DNA from: Octopus sinensis
Lineage: Eukaryota
Length of the DNA stretch: 36,136 nucleotides
Direction of reading: 5' to 3'
NCBI RefSeq assembly: GCF_006345805.1
Contig: NW_021836876.1
Span: forward strand, 1 to 36,136
Of this stretch, positions 24,263-35,345 are shown piece after piece. The position numbers and the translations under genes are program-made. The first letter of the stretch is position 1, and every line of letters begins with the position of its first letter. A model generated the notes under the pieces. That model searched no databases, was not told where the DNA came from, and saw only the letters and a program-made list of their open reading frames with translations.

Positions 24263-24383
24263 TTGTAAAAAATGAAGTTCGAAAATGCTGCTGTATTATA
24301 CAATTTTTAATTTTTATATATATAAAAATTAAAAATTGTATAATACAGCAGCATTTTCGAACTTCATTTTTTACAAATATATA
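24256..24383. repeat. Perfect 128-bp spacer-less AT-rich palindrome
   Basis: Arms checked base by base; centre between 24319 and 24320. Confidence 0.95.
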
Positions 24384-24409
24384 CCTACTCGTATACGAGC
24401 TAATCCTAT

Positions 24410-24451
<42 letters not shown>

Positions 24452-24458
24452 ATATATA

Positions 24459-25726
24459 TTGGGTTGACAACTAAGTCCCCACCGTTTTTCTTTTAATTTT
24501 GGAATTTATTGCGTTTTTAAATTTTGGAATCGATGTTTTTCGAGAATTCTATTTTTGAATCATTTTGGAATCTATTTTTGTTTTGTTTGTATTTTTTTTT
24601 CTAATTAATTTTCGTTAATTTTTGTTTATTTTCAGATCATTAAAATGGAATGTCAAGAAACACGACCATTTTCGACACCTCCTTCTTTTTGCTTTTAATC
24701 AAGGCTCTAAGCCCGCAAAAGCTGCTCGCGACATTTGTGCTGTGTGTGGAAGGGGTGCCATAGCTGAAAGAACCGCTCGTGATTGGTTATGCCAAGTTCA
24801 AAAACGGAAAATTTGACCTCAAAGACGCACCTCGTTCTGGCCATCCAGTTGATTTCGATGAAGAGCGATTAAACCAACTTTTGCATGAAAATTCTCGCCA
24901 AACGACAAGGGAACTGACAGAAAAAATGGAATGCTCCCACATTGCTGTGGAGAAGCATCTTCACTCGATGGGAAAGGTTCAGATGTATGGAGCATGGGTT
25001 TCGCATGCTTTAAGTGACAGCAACAAAAAGCAACGAGCCACAATCTCCGATGGTTTGCTTGCGCGTCACCGCTCAACTCATGGACACAAACAACGATTTC
25101 TTTACCGAATCGTTATTGGCGACGAAAAATGGTGCCTCTACATTAATATGAAGCAGCGTAAGGAATGGCTTAGCCCCGGTAAACAAGCAACACCGCGCAT
25201 GAAATAAGATCTTCATCCGCGTAAAATGATCTTGTGCGTATGGTGGGACTGAGAAGGGAGTATCCATTACGAATTACTTGAACGGAACCAAACGGTCGAC
25301 GTGGAACTCTATGTTCAACAGATGGAACGACACAACACGGCTATTCAAGAGAAAAGACCTAATCGGCAGCATGGAGTTCTTCTGCTGCACGACAACGCCC
25401 GCCTCCATATCGCCAATATGACCAAGGAAGCCATACAGACGCCATACTCTCCTGATTTGGTACCAACCGATTTCCACCTCTTTCGATCCCTTTCAAATGC
25501 TATGCGCGGAGTTTCGTTCAATACTGATGCAGAATTGAGAGCTTGGCTGGATCAATTTTTCGAGTCGAAATCGGGTGATTTCTACTAACCAGGTATTGAA
25601 AATATTGTTGAACGTTGGGAAGTTGTAAACAACGAGGGTGAATACATTGTTGATTAATTAGTTGTTCTTTTTTATTAACCTTAAAAAGAATTAAATTTAA
25701 AAAACGGCGGAAACTTAGTTACCAGC

Positions 25727-25730
<4 letters not shown>
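24459..25730 (+). mobile_element. Full-length decayed mariner transposon (~1.27 kb) inserted in (TA)n
   Basis: Left TIR ttgggttgacaactaagtccccaccgttttt, degenerate right TIR aaaaacggcggaaacttagttaccagcc; TA repeats both sides. Confidence 0.93.
24645..25657 (+). pseudogene. Mariner DD34D transposase pseudogene
   Basis: HFRHLLLFAFN..KFKNGKFDLKDAPRSG, WVSHAL (WVPHEL-like), GDEKW, LLHDNAR, YSPDL.PTDFHLF; frameshifts, stops, ~10-codon deletion before YSPDL. Confidence 0.95.
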
Positions 25731-25764
<34 letters not shown>

Positions 25765-25768
25765 ATAT

Positions 25769-25993
25769 AGCGGCCACTGTTAGCACCGCCTTGAGAAGTT
25801 TTAGTCGAACAAATCGATCCCAAGGGTTGTTTTTTATCCTAGTACTTATTTTATCAGTCTCTTTGCCAAATTGCTAAGTTACAGAGACGTAAACGCACCA
25901 GCACCGGTTGTCAAGTCTTGGTTTGGGACAAACACACACAGAGAGGCACATACACATAGATATATATGCATATACATATATATATATATGTGT

Positions 25994-26030
<37 letters not shown>

Positions 26031-26186
26031 ATACGACGTGCTTCTTTCAGTTGTCATCTACCAAATCCACTCACAAGGATTTGGTCCGCCCGAGGCTATA
26101 GTAGGAGACATTAGGCCAAGCTGCCACGTAGTGGGACTGAACCTGGAACCACGTGGTTGGGAAACAAAATTGTTATCACACAGCCT
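25769..26186 (-). mobile_element. SINE family A, full length, diverged
   Basis: Reverse complement of head, microsatellite and tail. Confidence 0.85.
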
Positions 26187-26427
26187 GGATCTCCTCCTGT
26201 CAAGGGTTCCAGATGAGCGTACCTCACGGCAGGATACGTAAATGAGGGTAGCAGCATTCAACTCCCTCATCGCTCATTCATCAAATGCCACATATCAGAG
26301 GAGGTTTCAAATAATGAAGGTGTAACACAGCCCATACTTGGTGCCCCAGCATGACCGAAGCTTTAAAACTGAAGCAAGTTAAAGAGCTAGAGTTATATAT
26401 CTATATATCTATATAACTATATCTATA

Positions 26428-26461
<34 letters not shown>

Positions 26462-26558
26462 GGAGTAAACACATAAATGTGAAACAAGGTGGAAAAAAGA
26501 GTACTCAAATACCAGTGGTAGAGTAATATGCTTTATTTAAAGGAGCAGAAAATTCAAC

Positions 26559-26605
26559 AAAACCTGTTACTCTGAGTTTCCCGTTGCCGTTCATCGGACA
26601 GTTTT
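26559..26605 (-). ncRNA. Minimal type I hammerhead motif, CCGAUGA core variant
   Basis: aaaactgt CCGATGA a cg-GCAA-cg g GAAAC tcaga GTA acaggtttt; stem I ctgt/acag, GNRA-capped stem II. Confidence 0.7.
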
Positions 26606-26613
26606 TGCTAGCA

Positions 26614-26660
26614 AAAACTGTCCGATGAACGGCAACGGGAACTCAGATTAACAGGTTTTG
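26614..26660 (+). ncRNA. Degenerate hammerhead (GAAA to GAA, GTA to TTA)
   Basis: Mirror arm of 26559-26605 with core lesions. Confidence 0.5.
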
Positions 26661-26686
26661 TTGAATTTTCTGCTGCATTAAATAAA

Positions 26687-26733
<47 letters not shown>

Positions 26734-26825
26734 TAAGGCTCCTAAATAAAGATGCCGAGTGCTGGGAACACAAAAAGGGGATGATTTATCGAGAGTGAAA
26801 TCAAAAACGTTTACCGATAACTTTA

Positions 26826-26905
26826 ACAACTCGTACCGCGGTTTCTGCTTCTTTCTAGCAAAACACAGAATATGTTTGCTAAGGCCAGCTTCATCAGCGA
26901 GTCGC
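26826..26905 (-). ncRNA. Type I hammerhead ribozyme motif, canonical core
   Basis: Exact reverse complement of 27062-27141. Confidence 0.82.
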
Positions 26906-27061
26906 CTATATTCGCATACTAATTGATGAATTGATTCGTAAAATTCTTCCCGCATGCCCGTGTAAATTTTGCGTCTGCGCAGAGATTTGAAAAGTTAAGA
27001 TCTGCTAGTAGTCGGGTGTAACATATAGTCCCACATCGCTGCAGACCTCGATTAAATTCAG

Positions 27062-27141
27062 GCGACTCGCTGATGAAGCTGGCCTTAGCAAACATATTCT
27101 GTGTTTTGCTAGAAAGAAGCAGAAACCGCGGTACGAGTTGT
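27062..27141 (+). ncRNA. Type I hammerhead ribozyme motif, canonical core, palindromic stem III
   Basis: gcgactcg CTGATGA agct..tagcaaacata/tgtgttttgcta..agca GAAAC cgcg GTA cgagttgt; 8-bp stem I, ACCGCGGT palindrome, predicted cut after A27133. Confidence 0.82.
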
Positions 27142-27371
27142 TAAAGTTATCGGTAAACGTTTTTGATTTTCACTCTCGATAATTCATCCCCTTTTTGTGT
27201 TCCCAGCACTCGGCATCTTTATTTAGGAGCCCTTAATTGTATAACTACATGAATAATATTTTTCTATATGAATAATATTTTTGTCTTATGACTAATTCGT
27301 CTTTTGTGCTGGGCACCTGGTAGTAAATAATATTACTACCCTTCTTGTTTATATATATATATATATATATA

Positions 27372-27540
27372 TAGGCGCAGGAGTTGCTGTGTGGTAAGTA
27401 GCTTGTTTACCAACTACATGGTTCCGGATTCAGTCCCACTGCGTGGCACCTTGGGCAAATGTCTTCTACTATAGCCTCGGACCGACCAAAGCCTCGTGAG
27501 TGAATTTGGTAGACGGAAATTGAAAGAAGCCCGTCGTATA
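27372..27540 (+). mobile_element. SINE family A head-only copy
   Basis: Matches 780-945; ends at the microsatellite where a pLTR-like repeat begins. Confidence 0.88.
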
Positions 27541-27544
27541 TATG

Positions 27545-27735
27545 TAAAGAGAAAACACAACAACGCGAGGACGTGGAACAAGTATAGTGTTATTGGACGC
27601 TCAGAAAAGGAAAGAAGAAAGGAGGATTTAACGTTTCGAGCGGAGCTCTTCGCCAGAAACATAGAAAAAGGAAAATCCAATGAAGAGAAGACGAGAAAAA
27701 ATCGCCAACGATACACACGCGTCACATATTGAAAA
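27545..27735 (-). mobile_element. Solo pLTR-like repeat with HHR variant at 27626-27660
   Basis: Minus strand ttt CTGGCGA a gagc-tcc-gctc GAAACGTT aaa; flanked by TA-rich repeats. Confidence 0.65.
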
Positions 27736-27740
27736 TATGT

Positions 27741-27803
<63 letters not shown>

Positions 27804-27930
27804 AACGGGAAGCTTTATGAAAATAGACAAAAGACGAAGGCAGGTTTACGGAAATAAACAAAACGACGGCAGGTGGAATACAAACAAACAATTGTATTAG
27901 TATGGCGCTCAGGAAATATAAATAAACAAG

Positions 27931-27968
27931 TCTTTAACGTTTCGAGCCTACGCTCTTCAACAGAAAGA
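27931..27968 (-). ncRNA. Minimal type I hammerhead motif, CUGUUGA core variant
   Basis: tcttt CTGTTGA a gagc-gtag-gctc GAAACGTT aaaga; stem I tcttt/aaaga, palindromic AACGTT stem III. Confidence 0.65.
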
Positions 27969-28249
27969 TACACAGAAAAAAAACACAGAAGAAGGAGAGA
28001 AAAAATTGCGTACAGAGGCTAGCGAATCAACATGGCGATCTGATTTCGGCCAGAAGTCAAGATCAAACGTGAGACGCAAGAGCGAATTAGGGAGATAATA
28101 GGGTTAAATGACCTTGCTCCAACATAGAGTGTGTGTGTGTTGGTGTGAGAGAGTGTGTGTGTGTGTGTATGAGAGAGTATTAGTGCGTATGAGAGGTCTG
28201 GACGTGTGTCTGTGTATATGATGTGATGTGTAAAGTCGTATGGTGTAGT

Positions 28250-28677
28250 GTAGAGAGAGGAATGAGGGAAGAGGGGATGTAGGGGAGAGGAGGGGGTTGA
28301 GGGGGAGAAAGAAAGGGGAGAAGAGGGGAGAAGGAAAGGGGAGAAGAGGAGGGGGAAGGGGGAGAAGGAAGGAGAGGAGAAGAGGATGGGAGAGAAGGGG
28401 AGAAGGAAGGAGAGGAGAATGGATGGGAGAGGAGGAGGGAGGATAGAGGGAGAGGGGATGAGAGAGAGAAGGGGAGGGAGGGAGCAGAGAGAAAGAGGGA
28501 AGGGGAAGAGGGAAGAAGGAGGGAGGGAGAAAGAGGGAAGAAGGGAAGACGAGTAGGGGTGAAAGGATGAAGGACTGAAGAGAAGTAGGGGTCGGGGGGA
28601 GGGGTTAGGGGGGAGGGTGGGGGGAGAGGGGGGGTTAGATGAGGAGGGGGGGGGGGGAGTTAGGAGGGGGGGAGAGT
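28250..28677 (+). repeat. Polypurine (G/A) tract with G-run cluster
   Basis: Almost pyrimidine-free for ~300 bp; many GGG+ runs at 28588-28675. Confidence 0.9.
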
Positions 28678-28857
28678 TGAGACAAATGACGTATAAGAGC
28701 GAAGAGAGAAGATTAATTCCTGTTCCACCACGCGCAAACGGGAATCCGGATGGCCTCTGTGTAAGGACAAACCGAACACAGACAGGTGTTGCAAGGAGTG
28801 ACCGGTGGAGCGGAAATGGCGTGAGACCGGTGTGTCGTTCGCAAGGCGGATGTCACG
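28678..28857 (-). pseudogene. PLE GIY-YIG endonuclease C-terminal fragment
   Basis: RDIRLANDTPVSRHFRSTGHSLQHLSVFGLSLHRGHPDSRLRVVEQELIFSLRSYT matches the Penelope pattern PVxxHFxxxGHS..R..EQxLIFxL. Confidence 0.8.
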
Positions 28858-30169
28858 ATATTAGCGCACTAGATATCAAAGGTATTATCCGTACTTAGTT
28901 CCCCCTACAACTCCTATAAGCACTGTTCACCTCCACCCTAGATTTAACCATTTAAAAATAAGAAAAAAATTAAATTTTGTTTCTGTTTAGAAAATGTAAA
29001 TTTGTATATTTGTATTGTGCTTTATCTTTTTTTTTTGCGCTACGAAGATCTACCGCCATTTTTAAAACGTTGGAGCGCATTGTCTTAATTGATGGCGCTG
29101 GTGTTACTGTTTTGCGGCTCCTCTGAAATCTGAATGAAAAAAACAAAAAAAAAAGCATCTACATCATTTTACAAAACCTGATAAAGTGCCCAGAATCCAC
29201 CAGAATGTAATGAGATTAAAATGTACCCGATATATATAATGTACCCGTTGGAATGTATTTGTTATTGAAAGAAACGGAAGTAGGGAAAATTGAAATAATT
29301 TGACTATGTAAGAGACGCCCAGACAACAACAACATTTTAGTATTGCCGCCACTACCACCAACACCACCACCAACACCAACACCAACACCACCGCCTACAC
29401 CAATAATACTACCATGGCTGCTGCTTTTGGTGCTGCCATTGGTATTGACATTACAGCTGTTATTGACGCTATTCTGCACATGTTGTTATTATTACTGCAG
29501 CTGTTCTTACTATTACTGTAGCTCTTATTGCAGCAACTAACGTTAATGTGGCTGTTTTTGTTTAACCCTAGGTCAGTCCTGGTGCAGCAAATTTATAACC
29601 AGAGTCGTACAAGTCATTCTTATTGCGTGTATTTTCGCTGCAAATTATATTAACCAATGGTCCTTATTTGTTTATTTATTTCTACAAAAAAAAATAGATA
29701 ATAAGGTATGGTCTGATGGTGATTTGACTACTGTTTCTAGCAGCTAAGTTAACCATGTAAAGGTTCCTTTGTTCTCTTGTAAACCGTGTTACTGTTGATT
29801 CTATCACTGTTGTTACATTTAATACCACTTTTGTTTGATGATTGTTGCTGTTCAACCTTAAGTCAGCTTCAATCAAACAAGCCTTCAAAAAACAGAAATG
29901 CTAACTGTGACCTTCCCATTATTCATTCAGACACTGTCTATCACGGACCACACTATCCAATGTATTCTTTTTTTAAGACGCAATACAGTTCTATATGAGT
30001 GAAATTTTGATGGCCTTTCTAGGAAGTCGAGCAACTAAGTGGAGCAGATGTGGCCAAGTGAATGGGACACCAGCTCATAGAAACTGAGTTGAAATTCGAG
30101 AATTTCGCTGCATATGGTGTCTCATAACAACGAGACATGTAATATTTGTTTATGTAGGTGGGGGTAACC

Positions 30170-30880
30170 CCCGCGCCGCCCAAATAAATGGAATTTTGCA
30201 ATATTATTTTATTCACTTAGTTTTACATGTTTACACTTTTATCGCCTTCAAAGTTTTCTCTATTTGAAGCAATGCATCGGTCCCGGCGCATTTTCCACTG
30301 CTCGAAGCAGCCCTAGAACTCTTACGAAGTGATGCCTTGTAACGCCTCCATCGTTTTTTGTTTTTGTTTTTTGTTTTTTGTTTTTTGGCGGGGTGAGGTC
30401 ACCACTTCCATAACTGCAAAACGTTTTCCTTTAAGGAGTTTTTTATTCAGGGAAATAGAAAAAAGTCGCAGCGAGCAAGATCGGGCGAATAGGGAGGGTG
30501 GATAAGCGAGGTCATGCCATTTTTGGCTAAAGCTGTCTCCACACTCAAGGTAGTGTGCGCAGGCGCATTGTCGAGATGAAGCCACCAATCTCCACTTTGC
30601 CACAGGTCGGGGCATTTTCGTTTCACCGTGTCTTGCAAATGCTTCAGAAAGAACTACCAAGTAAAATGTCTGGTTAACAGTGTGACCTGGAGGAACAAAT
30701 ACTGTGTGGAGAATTCCTTTCATATCGATGAAACAAATCAGCATCGTCCTGACATTGGACTTCACTTGATGCACTTTTGCGGGGCCTGGTGACATTGAAT
30801 GTTTCCACTGACTTGATTGCTGCTTCGTTTCGGGGTCGTAGCCGTAGCACCAGCTCTCGTCATCAAGGACTATCACTGTT
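30170..30880 (-). pseudogene. 5'-truncated mariner transposase pseudogene, irritans-like
   Basis: DDESWCYGYDPETKQQSSQW..VPPGHTVNQTFY..WWLHLDNAPAH..HPPYSPDLARCDFFLFP; frameshifts and a (TTTTTG)n insertion. Confidence 0.92.
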
Positions 30881-31099
30881 TATAATCACTAGTTATAATC
30901 GCTAGATATTAAGTGATGGTCTACATTGACAAAATTCAATAGTTTAAAATTCTTTCTACAATAGGCTTACGATCTTTCTTTTGGGTGGGGGTCAATTCTT
31001 TTGGGATAGGAGCTAGTCGATTACATTGACCCTAGTTTTTAAGGTTTCCATAAAGAAGGTACCAATTCAGAGTAGCAGGTTAACTGAAATGATTTTTAA

Positions 31100-31546
31100 T
31101 TGTGGTAGCTGTTCCGGCGCCTTGTGTTTTGCGAACCATATGGTTCCGGATTCAGACCCAATGCGTAGCACCTTGTGTGAATGACTTCTACAATAGCCTT
31201 GGGCCAACCAAAACCTTGTGAGTGGACTTGGTAGAAACTGAAAGAATCCCGTCGTAAATGTATATATGTATCTTTATGTGTGAGTGTGTGTGCGTGTCTG
31301 TCTGTGTGTGTATGTGTGTGTTTGTGCCTTTGTGTCTGTGTTTGTCTTCCCACCATCGCCTGACAACAGATGTCGGCGTATTTACGTCCCCGTAACATAG
31401 CGGGTCGACAAAAGTGACCGATAAGAATAAGTACTAGGCTTACAAAGAATGAGTCCTAGGGTCGATTTCTGCGACTAAAACCCTTTAAGGCGGTGCTCCA
31501 GCATGGCCGCAGTCAAATGACTGAAACAAGTAAAAGAATAAAAGGA
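31100..31546 (+). mobile_element. SINE family A, full length
   Basis: Head, TG-rich microsatellite, tail ...gactgaaacaagtaaaagaataaaagg. Confidence 0.88.
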
Positions 31547-32021
31547 GAATAAACGAATCGCTCCTGTTCAAAGATGATAGCGTGAAATCAGCGTTTTAAA
31601 CAGAGCAATTCAGTAGAGAAGCTTGGTCGTTAGCTAACAGCGATGAACTCAAATTTTCTGATGAGCTCTGAGCAGACAACAGAGAAATCATTGCCGTGTG
31701 TCATACTTTGAATTAAGGTGTAAAAGGTGAGGAAAATGAGGAGAAAAGTTGCTAAGAAAGTATCGCCATTAAAAAATGCTGAGATATTAAAATGCAACAA
31801 ATAACAAAAGCCGTAAAAACAAAAGCATCGCCAACTACTTTACTACAACAGCAACATCGACGACAATAAAAACCAAAATGTCAGTTTTTTTTTTTTTTAT
31901 TGATAGCGTTACTTTTGATTGACAGGCTTTGGGATTAGAGTTTAGATATGTTTAACAAGCCGCCATTATGTTAAAATATGTGAAGCTTTGCAATCAGAAA
32001 GGTACACGAACAATAGTTACA

Positions 32022-32389
32022 CAGAAGAAGAAAGAAAGAAAGAAAGAAAGAAGAAAGAAAGAAAGAAAGAAAGAAAGAAGAAGAAAGAAAAGAAAGAAGA
32101 AGAAGAAAGAAGGGAGAGGAAAGAAAGAAAGAAGAAAGAAAGGGAGAAAGGGGAGAAGAAAGAAGAAAGGAAGAAAGAAAGAAAGAAAAAAGAAGAAAGA
32201 AAGAAAGAAGGAAGAAAGAAGAAAGAAAGAAAGAAGAAGGAAAAAGGAAAGAAAGAAGAAAGAAAGAAGGAAGAAAGAAAGAAAGAAAAAGAAAGAAGGA
32301 AGAAAGAAAGAAAGAAGGAAGAAAGAAAGAAAGAAAGAAGGAAAGAAAGAAAAAAGAAGGAAAGAAAGAAAGAAAGAAAGAAAGAAGGA

Positions 32390-32421
<32 letters not shown>

Positions 32422-32456
32422 AAAGAAAGAAAGAAATAGAGAAAAGAAAGAAAGAG
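32022..32456 (+). repeat. Degenerate (GAAA)n/(GAA)n polypurine microsatellite
   Basis: Direct reading; source of the KERK/FLSF ORFs. Confidence 0.95.
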
Positions 32457-32758
32457 AGTATTGTAAACACTTGAAATGTGGTGACATCTCTTTAGAAAAC
32501 GATTGTCAACAGGTTGTCATAGTGGCACAAACGCAGAAGAAACAAATAGAGAGGGAATAAATGGTGAAATGGGAGGCGGGGGGGGGGGGAATGAATGTAT
32601 ATTAAAAGAATGTAATCTTGTAGTTTTGACAAAGTTTATTGCTACGGAACAACGATGTTTCCATATTGCTTTCATTGCCTTAACAATGAAATAGATGGCA
32701 TATGAATATGATTGACCTTTTAACCTTCAAATTACGATTTTTTACGTTTATTTCTTAT

Positions 32759-32820
<62 letters not shown>

Positions 32821-33491
32821 TTCTTTTTTTCTTTTTTTTTTTACTTGAGTTGACGCTATACATTTGTACGACGATATCTACCTGTCTCGGATTTTATCCT
32901 ATTTATCTATAAAAGTTGCCTCTTTCTCCTCCCCTTTGCTTTATTTATCTGTCTGTCTTGGAGCCCCCTTTCTTACCTTTCATTCCTTCTTCTTCCTCCC
33001 TCTCCTTCTCTCGCTCAAGTACGCTTATATTTACAAATGAAAGAAGAAGGAGTACTCAATACATATTGTAGAGTTTATACTTTGTTAGAAATAAGCCTAT
33101 GGTTATTCCATTGCTTGGTAGATGCAGATTTTCGAGCACTATATATACGCATGATAGATCAGTTGGACAATATGTGTGTGTGTATGTATATAAGCATGCA
33201 TGCATATATGTAGTCATTCATATATCCAAACATATATGCATGTTATAGCCACGTATTTGCATATAGCTCAATGAATTGCTACATTGATTTTCATCTAGCT
33301 TAAATTTTTAATAACTGTGTACAGATCCTTAGATACTCGCATGTTTACACACACACACACACACACATAATATATATATATGTGTGTGTGTACCTATATA
33401 CATATATATATGTGTGTGTCTCTGAGTGTGTGTGTGTGGACGGATGTGGGTATATGTATATGTGCATAACATGTGTGCAACATGTTCAAAT

Positions 33492-33640
33492 GGCTGCTAT
33501 CTTTGCCTTGCGATTACAAGTCGCAGGTTCGATCCCACAGCGTGGTAACTTGCACAAAGCTCTTATTGTCCCAGATCGACTCAATTCACGCTACCAAAGT
33601 TATGTTGACAAAAACTGTGCGGATGGCCGTCAGATAGCCA
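33492..33640 (+). mobile_element. Old SINE family A-like head
   Basis: gcaggttcgatcccacagcgtggtaacttgcacaa. Confidence 0.55.
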
Positions 33641-34009
33641 AAGACCCAGGCTTGGCACACTATCAAACGGTTTCTGACTGAGCGTGACGTTTATGGTAGA
33701 CGTGAATGTTGAACTCTCAACCACTAAAACACTAACTTGACTGATCAACCTACAAACCGATGGAAGTCCATTTATTTACTACTCTCATAATCACTCTCTT
33801 ACTTTCCTTCTTCCTCTCTCTCTTTCTCTTTATCGCTGTCTTTCTCTCTCTCTCTCCCCATACATTCATACAAACATACACACGCACACACACGCACATA
33901 TATATATGTAACACACACACACACACACACACATAATATATATATATATATATACACAGACATTTATATATATATATATTATATATATATATTATATATA
34001 TTATATATA

Positions 34010-34046
<37 letters not shown>

Positions 34047-34196
34047 GAAAGAGAGAAAGATAATGTATTCGTCGGGGTGCTTCGAGCTTTGTATATAAAG
34101 GCGAGTAAATCTAGGTTGCCGTCCACACGTCTCTGATATTAAAACAGATATCTGCATAGGACTGAACACGCGAGGTACACACACACACACACACTC

Positions 34197-34234
<38 letters not shown>

Positions 34235-34455
34235 CATACACACACATTCATGCATATATTTTATAAGACATGCATGAGACATAAGTACTAGTTTGAACCA
34301 TTAATATAATATATTACCCTTCTCTGACTTCCCCGATAAATATAACCGTTGTCGAGAACCAGTGGACCAAAGAAACATATACATACAAGCACACGCATAC
34401 ATACTTACACACATACATGTTCATACATACAGGCATATCTACGTACGTACATATA

Positions 34456-34487
<32 letters not shown>

Positions 34488-34828
34488 CATGCTCTGGCAA
34501 TGTGACGTCCCTTCTGCTGTATTTAAATAGTTTAGAGGTTGAGATATGCTTTTCTGACATGTATGTCTACCGATTAGATTACTTCTAACCCTTGTTTTGG
34601 GTCTTTGTGATAAGGGTATCATGTTCAGAGTACGCTGCCCGCCATGCATTTAAGGGGTTTCCCCACAGAAAACTCATTGATTTCCTTTTTAACTTACAAC
34701 CTGCTTGCATATCTATATATTATCTACCTTGCTAGCCATCCATTTATCTATTAGCATACACAAACATATAAACACAAACATATATGCATATATGTAGGCG
34801 TCTGTACATACATGTATGTGTGTGTAGA

Positions 34829-34865
<37 letters not shown>

Positions 34866-35167
34866 TTTTGTGAGTGTGTGTGTTTGCTTGTTTGTTCGGG
34901 TGAGCTGTTTGTGTTTGTGATTCACTAAGTACAAGATAATATATCATTTCTTTTGTGTATATTTGACTGCCTCTATCTGTTTTGAGTTGTTTGTCTGAGA
35001 TCTTGTAAATAGTACAGAAAACAAATCAAAACAAAAATATGAAATTACCTCCACACACATATAAGACCCTCGTCCATACATACACAGACATTGTTTAATG
35101 TGTATACACACTTACTCATCGATATAAACAGAAGATATTATTTCACCTGAGGTACGATTTTGTTTTG

Positions 35168-35345
35168 ACAGAATCGTTAGAACGCAAAAAATTTCGGGCC
35201 TTGTGCCTAGAGTAGAAAAAGAATCGTTGGAACGCAGGACACAGTTCCTTGCGTTATTTCTTCCTGCTCTTTACATTCTGAGTTCAAATCTCGCCGATAT
35301 AAACTTACTTTTAATCCTTCTGGGCTCGATAACTAAAATGCTGAT
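35168..35345 (+). mobile_element. SINE family B, diverged
   Basis: cattctgagttcaaatctcgcc..ttttaatccttctgggctcgataa. Confidence 0.65.

Larger units (their letters stand above)
26461..26690. mobile_element. Foldback unit U2: spacer-less palindrome (26531-26687, centre GCTAGC) of a pLTR-like repeat
   Basis: About 79-bp arms with few mismatches and one indel; (TA)n on both sides. Confidence 0.85.
26727..27350. mobile_element. Foldback unit U3: ~180-bp near-perfect inverted repeats (26727-26907 / 27060-27244), ~150-bp spacer
   Basis: Arms differ at very few positions; outer ends run into (TA)n, the right one after a ~105-bp extension. Confidence 0.9.
27804..28900 (-). mobile_element. Penelope-like retroelement 3' remnant (GIY-YIG C-terminus, pyrimidine-rich 3' region, pLTR with HHR)
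   Basis: Endonuclease frame at 28678-28857, HHR at 27931-27968, 3' end joins (TA)n. Confidence 0.8.

Noticed and set aside
24779-25588. Mariner ORFs as an active transposase
   Set aside because: Frameshifts, in-frame stops, a deletion before YSPDL and a degenerate right TIR.
26608-26955. 115-aa minus-strand ORF over the foldback
   Set aside because: Runs through a (TA)n tract and HHR stems; no protein-like features.
29164-29540. Gly/Asn/Ser- or Pro/Thr-rich ORFs
   Set aside because: Degenerate trinucleotide repeat open on both strands; no splice signals or domain evidence.
31650-31700. CTGATGA followed by a gctc/gagc hairpin
   Set aside because: GAAA does not follow stem II, and there is no stem III or cleavage triplet.
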